Shown: positions 37,764-47,024, counted from the stretch's first letter. The stretch: 54,276 nt of DNA from a bacterium (GCA_030693295.1 JAUYAT010000034.1:1-54276), one strand, 5' to 3'. A program made the numbers and translations. Notes: a model not told the origin generated them from the sequence alone.

Positions 37764-38966
37764 TTACTTTTCTTTAACAATGATTGAATTTTCTACATCT
37801 TCTTTCTTAAAAGAACAAAATTGTTCTTTCTCTATCGCAAGAGCCGAAAAATAATGCTGGCAATAAACAGTTAAAACCTTGTTGGCAGCCACTATATTTT
37901 TCATTTTTCTGGCCGCTTCCTCTATGACCACCTGGTCATTTTTGTATTCATGTTTATCCGGATGATGCTCTGCGGCCAACTTATGGTAAGCGTCTCTTAT
38001 CTCTGGCAAGGCCGCGGATTCTCCGAGCCTCAAAGTTTTTCTGGCGTTATCAACTAAATCAAAATTTCCTACGCTGAGATTAATAACCGTGAAGCTGTAG
38101 GGCGCCATCGGCCCGATATATTTAAATTTCAGCTCATTTTTGTATTTTTCCGCCAGCTTATTTAATTGGAATTCTAACAGCGATTCTTCTCCTTTGCCTA
38201 TTAAAAATGAATAGTTCATAAGCATTTCTTTGTTTACCGCGCGGCGAGTTTGCTCTGCTTCGGGGTTTGCTCCCCCCTTATTGGCATAGAGAAGCTTGCT
38301 CGCCTCGCTGAAGCTCTGGCGAAGCGGGCTGGCGTTAAAATCTGGGAAAGAGGATGCGAGATACTTTAAAATATCTGCTGTATATTCTTTTCGGTATGCC
38401 TCAATAGCTTCAAATATGCGCTTGCCTAATTTTATTTTAGATGCCAACCCCAAAATTCCGCCTTTTGACTCTGCTTCCTTTTTCAATTTTTGAATCGCGA
38501 CATTTTCCCGGACTATCTTCTCAAGCATATTCTTTTCGTTCCAAAATATTTGAACAACAAACTCTGCTTTTCCGGCAATTCTTTCCAGAGCAATCTTAAA
38601 TTGTAGGTATGCCTTGGTTAAAATATTACTAATTTCCTCAATATCTTCCGCAATCATTCCAAACCTCATGGGAATAACATCGTGCTGTTTCATCAGGTTA
38701 ACATTCACCCGTTCATGTATTGCAACTAAATGGGTAAGCTCCTTTTTATCAAGCTTATCAAAATTAATAAAATAAGTGTTGCTGACCGCAACTGCTATCT
38801 CTCTGTAAGGGATGAAAATTATCTCGCGATTATTAATGCCAAACATCGCTTCTGATAAACGAAAATTATCAGAGGCCTGCCCCGTACCGTGCTTGCTCTG
38901 GTGCGGGGATGGCGTCTCTTTTGGATTCTTGATTATTGAATATATGTATTTTCTTTCTTCACTCAT
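37764..38966 (-). CDS. GvpL/GvpF family protein fused to a J domain
   Basis: YIYSII, IPMRFG and GPMAPYSF followed by IRDAYHKLAAEHHPD. Confidence 0.85.
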   Translation of the reverse strand: MSEERKYIYSIIKNPKETPSPHQSKHGTGQASDNFRLSEAMFGINNREIIFIPYREIAVAVSNTYFINFDKLDKKELTHLVAIHERVNVNLMKQHDVIPMRFGMIAEDIEEISNILTKAYLQFKIALERIAGKAEFVVQIFWNEKNMLEKIVRENVAIQKLKKEAESKGGILGLASKIKLGKRIFEAIEAYRKEYTADILKYLASSFPDFNASPLRQSFSEASKLLYANKGGANPEAEQTRRAVNKEMLMNYSFLIGKGEESLLEFQLNKLAEKYKNELKFKYIGPMAPYSFTVINLSVGNFDLVDNARKTLRLGESAALPEIRDAYHKLAAEHHPDKHEYKNDQVVIEEAARKMKNIVAANKVLTVYCQHYFSALAIEKEQFCSFKKEDVENSIIVKEK

Positions 38967-41230
38967 GCCAGGGGTTTATTTTTATTTATCTTGTTAGAAA
39001 TTTCATTTCCAACGGGATTTATTGCTTCTTCAAAATGCTTCGCGGTTATTTTAAAATTATTATCTGGTTGAACGAAATTCTCTCTCACCGCGGACATGGC
39101 GGCCTTTTTGCAAATCAGCTCTATGTCTGCGCCCGTCAGGCCTTCTGTTAGTTTGGCAAATTTCTTTAAGCTAACAGCGCGATCTAACGGCTTATCTTTC
39201 GTGTGAATACTGAATATGGCGCATCGGCACTCTTCGCTTGGCTTGGGGACTTCAAGCAGGAAATCAAATCTTCCTGCGCGAAGCAAAGCCGGATCAACCA
39301 TGTCTAATTTATTTGTCGCTCCTAAAACTACTACGGCTTTTAATTCCTCAATGCCGTCTAACTCCGCCAGAAACTGGCTGACTACTCTTTCCGTAACATG
39401 CGAGTCCGCGCCGCTTCCGCGTTTCGCCACTAAACTGTCTATCTCATCAAAAAAAACTATGCAAGGGGAAGCCAGCTTGGCCTTTTTAAACACTTCCCGG
39501 ATTCCCTTTTCCGATTCGCCGATATATTTTGAAAAAAGCTCCGGTCCTTTAATAGAAATGAAATTTACCCCCAGTTCAGTGGCGACGGCCTTGGCCAAAA
39601 GCGTTTTCCCGCATCCGGGCGGCCCATAGAGCATTATTCCTTTAGACGGCTTGAGTTTTACATAACCCAGCGCCTCGCTGTATTTTAACGGCCATTCAAT
39701 CACTTCCTTAAGCGTTTGTTTAATACACTCAAGCCCCCCTACATCTTCCCATTTGACGCTGGGAATCTCTGAAAAAACTTCGCGCAGAGCCGAGGGCTCC
39801 ACCTCTTTCAGGGCTTCTCTAAAATGTTCGCCGGTAACCTCTATTTTACGGAGCTTCTCATACGGAATGTACCACTCTTTTTCTCCGCCAGAGGCGGATC
39901 CGCCTTGGGCGGAAAACTCAATCTCTGGCATGATTTCACGCAACGCCGACATTGCCGCTTCTCGGCAGAGTGCCTCAAGATCAGCTCCGACAAATCCGTG
40001 AGTGATTTCAGCCAGCTTGTCCAAGTCAACCCCATCTGCTAAGGGCATGCCCCTTGTATGTATTTCCAGTATTGCTTTTCTGGCGTTTCTGTCTGGAATG
40101 CCAATCACAATTTCCCGATCAAATCGTCCCGGCCTGCGCAGGGCCGGATCAAGCGTATTGGGAATATTAGTTGCTCCAATCACTATTAACTGGCCGCGCG
40201 ATTCCAAACCGTCCATCAAGGCCAAAAGTTGCGCCACCACTCGTCTTTCCACCTGCTTCTCGCCGCCCATTTCTTCGCGCTTGGGCGCAATCGCGTCAAT
40301 TTCATCAATAAAAAGTATGGCCGGGGCGTTGGCTTTTGCTTCTTCAAATATTTCTCGCAGCCGGCCCTCTGACTCGCCATAAAACTTTCCCATTATTTCC
40401 GGTCCCGAAATGTGGGTAAAATAGGCATCGGTCTCATTCGCCACTGCCCGGGCAATTAATGTCTTGCCGCATCCCGGCGATCCGTGTAAAAGCACTCCCT
40501 TGGGCGGATCGATTCCTAATCTCTCAAAAAGCTCGGGGTGTTTTAGCGGAAGTTCAATCATTTCTCTAATTCTCCGTATTTCTTTTCCTAATCCGCCAAT
40601 GTCTTCATAGGTTATACCAATCCCTTGTTTTTCTTTGGCCATGCCCTTTAGCTTTATAAAAGTAAAGGGTTTTATCAAAACTACTTTGGCTGGACTCGCC
40701 TCGCTCGCCTCGCTGAAGCTTTGGCGAAGCGGGCTGAAGCTTTGGCGAAGCGGGTCGGTATCTTCTACTAAAAAATCCTGGGCCCTTGTTCCAAAAAGCG
40801 TGGCTCTTATTTTACTGCCTTTTATTACCGGGGTTCCGTCAAGTATCTCGGCCAAATATTGGGCATCCTCTTTTTTGAATGAAGCGCCGGTATTTAAGGG
40901 GGATAGGACGAGTACTCGCGCTTCTTCGTAAGAAACCTTCTGAATTTCCACCTTTTCATCCAAACCAATTTTCAAATTCTCTCTGGCAATGCCATCTATT
41001 TGAATAATGCCTTTTCCTCGATCCTCTGGATAAGCGGGCATCATCCTTGCTACAGCTTCTCTTCCCTTTTTCCCCTCTGATTTTTGCGGTGTCAATCTGA
41101 TAATATCTCCTGTATCGGCCTGAATTTTTGAAAAATACTCGGGGTCAATTCTGGCAATGGCTCTGCCCACATCTTTGCTTTGGGCTTCGGTTACTTTAAG
41201 GATTAGTGATCCGTTATTCGGTGACTTCAT
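38963..41230 (-). CDS. CDC48/p97-family AAA ATPase
   Basis: N-domain DVGRAIARID; two AAA modules (GSPGCGKT, GPPGCGKT) and RPGRFDRE. Confidence 0.93.
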   Translation of the reverse strand: MKSPNNGSLILKVTEAQSKDVGRAIARIDPEYFSKIQADTGDIIRLTPQKSEGKKGREAVARMMPAYPEDRGKGIIQIDGIARENLKIGLDEKVEIQKVSYEEARVLVLSPLNTGASFKKEDAQYLAEILDGTPVIKGSKIRATLFGTRAQDFLVEDTDPLRQSFSPLRQSFSEASEASPAKVVLIKPFTFIKLKGMAKEKQGIGITYEDIGGLGKEIRRIREMIELPLKHPELFERLGIDPPKGVLLHGSPGCGKTLIARAVANETDAYFTHISGPEIMGKFYGESEGRLREIFEEAKANAPAILFIDEIDAIAPKREEMGGEKQVERRVVAQLLALMDGLESRGQLIVIGATNIPNTLDPALRRPGRFDREIVIGIPDRNARKAILEIHTRGMPLADGVDLDKLAEITHGFVGADLEALCREAAMSALREIMPEIEFSAQGGSASGGEKEWYIPYEKLRKIEVTGEHFREALKEVEPSALREVFSEIPSVKWEDVGGLECIKQTLKEVIEWPLKYSEALGYVKLKPSKGIMLYGPPGCGKTLLAKAVATELGVNFISIKGPELFSKYIGESEKGIREVFKKAKLASPCIVFFDEIDSLVAKRGSGADSHVTERVVSQFLAELDGIEELKAVVVLGATNKLDMVDPALLRAGRFDFLLEVPKPSEECRCAIFSIHTKDKPLDRAVSLKKFAKLTEGLTGADIELICKKAAMSAVRENFVQPDNNFKITAKHFEEAINPVGNEISNKINKNKPLA

Positions 41231-41916
41231 TTTGTTTTGGTTAATTTCAATTCCAATATCCCATTTTTGAAATTCATCTCCCGAGATTCAAAATCAACTT
41301 TGGCCGGCAGCAAAATCTCTTTGGCGTATTTTCGGTCATTGCTCCCCGCTTCGCCCGCGAAGCGAGGCGAGTCCGCCTCAAATAAAAGAATATCCCCGCC
41401 TGCCATCGGCTTTGCCTCAGGCGAATGGCGGGCAGACTTTTTCAAATCGACTTTAATGCTTTTTTCGTCAATACCCGGGAGTTCGGCGATTATCAAAATA
41501 TGATCTTTCTCGTCAAACACATCAACGATTGGTTCTCTCGTCTCTGATACCTTCGGACCTTCTTTAGTTTTTTTAATATTCCCGAATGGTTCAACTTTTG
41601 TTCTTTGTCCCAGACCAGTCCGAACAGTAAAACCATATACTCCATGAATATCTTGGCGTCCCCCAAATCCTTTTCCGCCAAAGGCGGATCCGCCTCGGGC
41701 GGAAATCCGGCCGCTTCTTTTCAGTTCACCGCCGACTTCCTCGGCCCGTTCCGCTAAATCAATAAATTTCCCCAATCCTTTAAGCAAACCGCCGACAAAA
41801 GGTATATCGTCAAGCGATATTTCATCCTTGCCCTCCGACTTGTCCTCCGTAGCTTTAGCGTAGGAGGAAGCCTTGGCGAAGGAGGGTTTTCCCTTTTTTT
41901 GTTCTTCTTTTTTCAT
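41227..41916 (-). CDS. Hsp20/alpha-crystallin (GvpH-like) protein
   Basis: REPIVDVFDE, IAELPGI and FKNGILEL motifs. Confidence 0.85.
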   Translation of the reverse strand: MKKEEQKKGKPSFAKASSYAKATEDKSEGKDEISLDDIPFVGGLLKGLGKFIDLAERAEEVGGELKRSGRISARGGSAFGGKGFGGRQDIHGVYGFTVRTGLGQRTKVEPFGNIKKTKEGPKVSETREPIVDVFDEKDHILIIAELPGIDEKSIKVDLKKSARHSPEAKPMAGGDILLFEADSPRFAGEAGSNDRKYAKEILLPAKVDFESREMNFKNGILELKLTKTK

Positions 41917-42368
41917 AAAATTTTGAAAGTTCCCAAAAAATCCTTGAAGAAGAATTTTCTTCCTTTCTTTATCTCTGCTTTTGCTTTTCTTATTTTCGGC
42001 GCGGCTGGCTTTATGCCCCTTGTCTTGCTCCTTGATTTCTTAATGGGCTGGCTCTTTTTTCTTCTTGTCTTTGGAACCGAAGATTCGACTATCAATGGAT
42101 GTCTCTTTTCTTCAACAAACCCCTTGCCCTGGCACAGCAAACAATAGAGATTGGCGCCTGCTTTCTTGCCTCTGCCCCCGCATTCCTTACATATATTATA
42201 CGGCTGGTTTACAGTAACACGGCCACTGCCTTTGCAGACAATGCAAGACAGACGCTCCGCGCCCGGCTGTACTCCCTTGCCTTGGCAAAAAGCGCATGGG
42301 AATTTTTTAGTTTTTTCCGCCAAGGGCGGATCCGCCTCTGGCGGAGAATATTTTTTTTTCATTTTCAT
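41913..42368 (-). CDS. DnaJ-type zinc-finger protein
   Basis: Four CxxCxGxG repeats and a basic tail. Confidence 0.75.
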   Translation of the reverse strand: MKMKKKYSPPEADPPLAEKTKKFPCAFCQGKGVQPGAERLSCIVCKGSGRVTVNQPYNICKECGGRGKKAGANLYCLLCQGKGFVEEKRHPLIVESSVPKTRRKKSQPIKKSRSKTRGIKPAAPKIRKAKAEIKKGRKFFFKDFLGTFKIL

Positions 42369-42670
42369 TAATACTCTAAAATAAATTTCCCATCTCGGTC
42401 TTTCCCAAGTCCAAACTTTGGCATTTTCTTAGAAACCACAATCTTACTGGGTTTATTGACCTTTCTTTTTGCCGCCTCAAGTTTGCCTTTTCCGCGAAAC
42501 ACGGCCAGTTTTGAATGCAGAAAGTCAATATAATCATGCCGGCCGAGATTATTGCAAATAAGCCTGGCATAATCGGTGCTGATCCTCGCCTCCCTCGCAA
42601 TAGTGTCAATGGATGCCTCTCCGCCCCAATCCCAAAGAATTTCTAATACTTTAAGTTCTGTTCCTGACAT
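42368..42670 (-). CDS. winged-helix protein
   Basis: ELKVLEILWDWGG...IAREARISTDYA. Confidence 0.65.
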   Translation of the reverse strand: MSGTELKVLEILWDWGGEASIDTIAREARISTDYARLICNNLGRHDYIDFLHSKLAVFRGKGKLEAAKRKVNKPSKIVVSKKMPKFGLGKDRDGKFILEY

Positions 42671-42671
42671 G

Positions 42672-42983
42672 TTAATAGTCTAAAACGGTATGGCTGCCCG
42701 ATTTTGAATAGGTTTCTCTAATTTTACTCAATCCCTTGCTCCCAGCAGTGGCAATTTTAAGAAGTTTAGCCATGCCCGTATTAATTACGGTTAAATTTTT
42801 ATCGATCTGCTTCCCTTTTTTTTGCAATCTTATTTTTTCTTTCTCAAGCCGGTCTCTCTTATTTTGACGCATATACAGGTCTAAAAAAGCCGACTTTGAT
42901 GAGTGAGGAATAGACCTTAGCCCGGTTGAACCCGCGCTTTTTAAGTCGTGGATCCCCGAGAGATTAGCGTTTATTTTTTCCAT
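42672..42983 (-). CDS. GvpV-like coiled-coil protein
   Basis: AFLDLYM...RDRLEKE; directly after gvpN. Confidence 0.5.
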   Translation of the reverse strand: MEKINANLSGIHDLKSAGSTGLRSIPHSSKSAFLDLYMRQNKRDRLEKEKIRLQKKGKQIDKNLTVINTGMAKLLKIATAGSKGLSKIRETYSKSGSHTVLDY

Positions 42984-43001
42984 AGATTTGTGTGTAATTA
43001 A

Positions 43002-43931
43002 TTAACAAAGTTTGGTGATTAATTCTCCTACTATTTTTCTCACCTTATTATGGTGATCTTGCGAGCCCAATCGCGTTGTTTCCGATGCCAATATATCCTG
43101 GGCTAACTGGCGGAACAAGCGGCTGGAAGCCAACACTGCGCCTCCGTTAGTCTTGAGGGACTTTGCCAGCATTATTGAGCCGCGAACAGTTGGCGCGAAT
43201 TCATATTCCCCGGAATCGCGAAGCGCTCGGACGATATTGACAATTTTCTCGGTATCTTTTCGATCTAGACCGGATTTGGCTTGAGTGATGGCAATTTCCG
43301 TATTCTTGTCAAAGTGCCTTAAATCCATAGTTACCATTCTATCGCGCAACGCGTCTTGAGCTTTATTTGTCCCCGCGTATTCTTCAGGATTTGAGGTGAA
43401 AATAGCCACAAACTGCGGATGAGCCTTAAGATAATAAGATTCCCGCCCTTGTCTGGCCATCGGCAAATCCATCACCCCTTCTTGCAAGATGGAAAGCAAG
43501 GTGTTGTTTGCTTCCGGCCGGGATCGAGTGAACTCGTCATAAATAAGGGTAAAGCCGTTTTTTACCGCGATAGTCAGACGATTATCCATCCACTGTTTTG
43601 AGAAGTTCTCTTCTTTCTTAAGGACGCTCTGAATAAAATTGTCTCTTAAATATTTGTAACGGTAGCCATGCTCTCCGCCAATAAGATCAGAGGTAGAATA
43701 TTCCTCATCGCCATGAATCAACACTGCCGGACGGCCAATCTTTTGCGCCAAGTGCAAAGCCAAGGTGGTTTTTCCTGTTCCTGAAGCGCCTCTTAAATGC
43801 ACGGGAAAACCCGCCTTAATATAATTCAACGCCCGCTTGCTAATATCCTTGATATACGAAGTCTCCACAAAGCCAGCCACTGGCCGTGGCTCAATAATTG
43901 CTTGTTCTTCATCTGATGATAAATAAGACAT
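43002..43931 (-). CDS. gvpN: gas vesicle AAA ATPase GvpN
   Basis: GFPVHLRGASGTGKTT, YDEFTRSRPEANN, FTSNPEEYAG and QDALRDR motifs. Confidence 0.95.
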   Translation of the reverse strand: MSYLSSDEEQAIIEPRPVAGFVETSYIKDISKRALNYIKAGFPVHLRGASGTGKTTLALHLAQKIGRPAVLIHGDEEYSTSDLIGGEHGYRYKYLRDNFIQSVLKKEENFSKQWMDNRLTIAVKNGFTLIYDEFTRSRPEANNTLLSILQEGVMDLPMARQGRESYYLKAHPQFVAIFTSNPEEYAGTNKAQDALRDRMVTMDLRHFDKNTEIAITQAKSGLDRKDTEKIVNIVRALRDSGEYEFAPTVRGSIMLAKSLKTNGGAVLASSRLFRQLAQDILASETTRLGSQDHHNKVRKIVGELITKLC

Positions 43932-44052
43932 ATTGGTAATTCAATTAAAATTAATGTTCAAGTCGGAATCTTGCCAGAATCTTGCGCGATTCCGAATATT
44001 TCGACCCGCCTGCCATCGCTATGCTCAGGCATTGCGGGCAGGCCTTTAGAAT

Positions 44053-44715
44053 TTATTTAGCTTTATGCTTTTTTGCTTTTTTTGCTGCTTTTTTTGGTTC
44101 CTCGGCTTCTTCTCCCGCCGCAATCGCTCTCTCCTGCTTCCTTAATACCCCCCAGTTTGCGCGCGCTTCTTTTCGCTCTTCTGCGTAATCGCCTAACAAA
44201 TCCGCTACATGCTTTTGGATAACAGGTATTTGCGACTCTATATCTTTCATCATAGTCTTGAAATCAACCATACGGGTTTGTTCGCTTTTAGCCAGCAAAT
44301 CCTTCAAGTCCTTTGCTATTTCTTTCATTTCCTTGTCAAAGCGACTAAGCAACTCTTTCACATCAGCCGCTCTTTCTTTGCTTTCTCCGCTAAATCTTAC
44401 AATAAGTTTCCTGGAATCTTCTAATACATCAGCTACTCTTGCTTGAATGTCCTTTATCATTTTACTGAAATCTGCCATTCTGTCCTTTTCGCTCTTATCC
44501 AAAAAATTCTTCAGTTCCTGCGCCACTTCCTTTAATTCTTTGTCAAATCGCGAAAGAAGCTCGCGCGTGTCCGCTTTATTATCTATTAATTCCTTATCAA
44601 GTCGCGAAAGAAGCTCGCGCGTGTCCGCTTTATTATCTCTAACGAATTGCAAGCGATCTTTTGTGGAAGTTTTAATATCGCTTACTAAACTTTTCATTTC
44701 TTGTGCGTATGACAT
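44053..44715 (-). CDS. GvpC-like helical repeat protein
   Basis: All-helical amphipathic repeats (ELLSRFDKE x3); lies between gvpA and gvpN. Confidence 0.6.
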   Translation of the reverse strand: MSYAQEMKSLVSDIKTSTKDRLQFVRDNKADTRELLSRLDKELIDNKADTRELLSRFDKELKEVAQELKNFLDKSEKDRMADFSKMIKDIQARVADVLEDSRKLIVRFSGESKERAADVKELLSRFDKEMKEIAKDLKDLLAKSEQTRMVDFKTMMKDIESQIPVIQKHVADLLGDYAEERKEARANWGVLRKQERAIAAGEEAEEPKKAAKKAKKHKAK

Positions 44716-44818
44716 ATTTTTTTGTTAAATTGATTAATGTTGATTAGTTAATGCTAATTGTTTTGTCGACCTTTAGTTATTTCTTTAGTTATTTATAAAA
44801 ATTTATTTGTTTGAATTG

Positions 44819-45091
44819 TTAAACCTTCAAAAACCCCGCCTCTCCTAAATACTTCTCATACTCCGGAAAGAAATCCAACGCCACTTTCTTTAATTCTAAA
44901 TGTTCAAGATAGTATTTTCTGATCTTCGTAAGTTGTTCCGCTCGCTTTCTCGCCGCAGTCCTCCGCCAGCTGGCGGACTGCGCGACGGAGCGGAAATATT
45001 GTTCTTTTTCGCGTTTCTCTTTTTTTAATTTCCTTTCTTCATCCCATATTTCTCTCATTGTTCTTATTGTTTTTGTTTTGATAATAGGCAT
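44819..45091 (-). CDS. hypothetical basic protein
   Basis: Co-oriented ORF in the operon. Confidence 0.45.
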   Translation of the reverse strand: MPIIKTKTIRTMREIWDEERKLKKEKREKEQYFRSVAQSASWRRTAARKRAEQLTKIRKYYLEHLELKKVALDFFPEYEKYLGEAGFLKV

Positions 45092-45216
45092 TTGAATGAT
45101 TTTATTTAGGCTCTGCTGATTTTCACCGATTATTCACCTCTTGAGAGGGGCTAAGGATGGATTATTGAAAAATTAACAGATTGAATGCGTTAATTCGTTA
45201 ATAAATAATTCCTTTT

Positions 45217-45564
45217 CTATATCGCTCCCAATCCATAACAACTCGCGCAAGGAAGATCGCTTCCCGGTTCTCTTCCGTCGCCTTTGCACTTAGCGCATCT
45301 TTTCTCCCCCCTGATCTTCGTTACCATGCCTTTCCCGCCGCATACGGCGCAAGGCATTCGGTGGTTAAAGAAAATGCCGCTTCCTTTGCAATAGGGACAA
45401 ATTTCCACCGGCTCCACCACTTGAACCGCGCCCCTGCCATTGCAAACTTGGCAGTTGGAAAGTTTTGACGGAACCTCAAACGGATCCTTGCCCTTTCCTT
45501 TGCAAAAAGCGCAAGTGATTGTTCGGTAGTTGCAAGCAGATTTTTTGGTTGTCTTTTTTGCCAT
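45217..45564 (-). CDS. DnaJ-type zinc-finger protein
   Basis: Six CxxCxGxG repeats. Confidence 0.78.
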   Translation of the reverse strand: MAKKTTKKSACNYRTITCAFCKGKGKDPFEVPSKLSNCQVCNGRGAVQVVEPVEICPYCKGSGIFFNHRMPCAVCGGKGMVTKIRGEKRCAKCKGDGREPGSDLPCASCYGLGAI

Positions 45565-45574
45565 AAATTTTAAT

Positions 45575-46147
45575 TTATAAATCCTTTTTTTTATCAAGCA
45601 GCGGCGATATCTTCTTCCACTCTTCCGCCGCCGCTTCCCTTTCCTTTTTAAATGCTTCCAGCATCTTATAGACTTCGCTCTGCATAGTTGCCAGCTCGGC
45701 CCTAACTTGCTCTCCGGTATTTGCTTCTCTTGATGCCTGATCCTGCCGTATGCGGACTAAAGTTTTTTTGAAATCTGCCAAGCGAAGTTCCTCGCCTCTT
45801 TTAAGCAGCCCTTTTAAATGTTCTACCACTCGGGTCTCTTCCTCTCTGAAATCAGCCAGCATTTTTTTCACATTTTCTTCTCTTTTATGCTGGGTCAATA
45901 AAATATCCCGCATCATCGCGCTAAAATCTTTTTTGCGAAGCGACTCGGATTTTGCTAAAACCTCCCGAAGATTATCACTCATCTCCTCCCTATTTTTCCT
46001 AAATCCGTTCAGCGCCTTATGAGTGTCTTCCACAATCTCTCCGACTACTCTCACCCGCGCGTCATACGAGACAATAATGTCCTTTGCTAAATCTCTTAGG
46101 TCTCGCTTCTCGGTCTCGCCTGATTCTTTTTTCATTAATTCTTTCAT
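45575..46147 (-). CDS. helical protein, second GvpC-like candidate
   Basis: LAKSESLRKKDFSAMMRDI resembles LAKSEQTRMVDFKTMMKDI of 44053-44715. Confidence 0.6.
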   Translation of the reverse strand: MKELMKKESGETEKRDLRDLAKDIIVSYDARVRVVGEIVEDTHKALNGFRKNREEMSDNLREVLAKSESLRKKDFSAMMRDILLTQHKREENVKKMLADFREEETRVVEHLKGLLKRGEELRLADFKKTLVRIRQDQASREANTGEQVRAELATMQSEVYKMLEAFKKEREAAAEEWKKISPLLDKKKDL

Positions 46148-46358
46148 AAATATCTCTCAAAAGTTCAAAATGCAAAAATTAAAATGTAAAATGGCAAATT
46201 AAAATTATAAAATTATTCTGATTAGATTCATTTTTATATTTTAATTTTTGCATTTATATTGTCTAAGGCACGCTCTCGATTTTACCCATATGGGTTGTGG
46301 GAGGACTTTATAGTGCTTCTACCAATCTAAAGGGCGCCCTATCCAATATGCTCTAATA

Positions 46359-46565
46359 TTAAGCGGCGCTGGCAGTCAAACCGACTGCTTCAGCGTACTT
46401 CAACCAGGTCTCAACTGAAGCAATCACTACTCGGGCTTCAATCGCCAGAAGCTCAATTCCCACTAACGAAATTCTTACCCAAGCGTCAATCACCACGCCC
46501 TTGTCAAGAATGCGGTCAATCACTTCCACCAAGCTGGAGCTGGACATTGATTTTTCTACGGCCAT
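46359..46565 (-). CDS. gvpA: major gas vesicle shell protein GvpA
   Basis: [55 protein letters not shown]. Confidence 0.97.
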   Translation of the reverse strand: MAVEKSMSSSSLVEVIDRILDKGVVIDAWVRISLVGIELLAIEARVVIASVETWLKYAEAVGLTASAA

Positions 46566-46997
46566 ATGTTTTTTTTTAATTTTAATTAATTTTTTATCTT
46601 TGCCCTAATCGACCTTTTTAAATTTTAGGGCTTGCTTACTCGCTTATTTAAGTGACATCGGACTGTTGCCATTGACGAAATCTTTAAATGATGCTAAGGT
46701 ATTTAGTTGATTTAGATATTTGAATGGGGTGTAAGGAGTGGTTGGAATTTATAGGAAGTGGTTGGAACTAGTCCTCCTACATCTATCTGGCCCTCCTTCA
46801 CCCCACTCAGATATCTAAACTGTATTTTTTACAGCGCAAATAAAAAAGCCCTTAACTGTGTCTGAACACACTAAGACTGTAAAAGAATGACAATAGCGCA
46901 TCTATTTTACATTCTTTTATAGCCTCGCTTTGTGTCCAACCACAATTAAGGGCTTTTTTGTTATTTTTCAATTTTTTCTATTTCTAAAATTTTTTTT

Positions 46998-47024
46998 AAA
47001 AACAAAAAACTCCGCCACCAAGTT

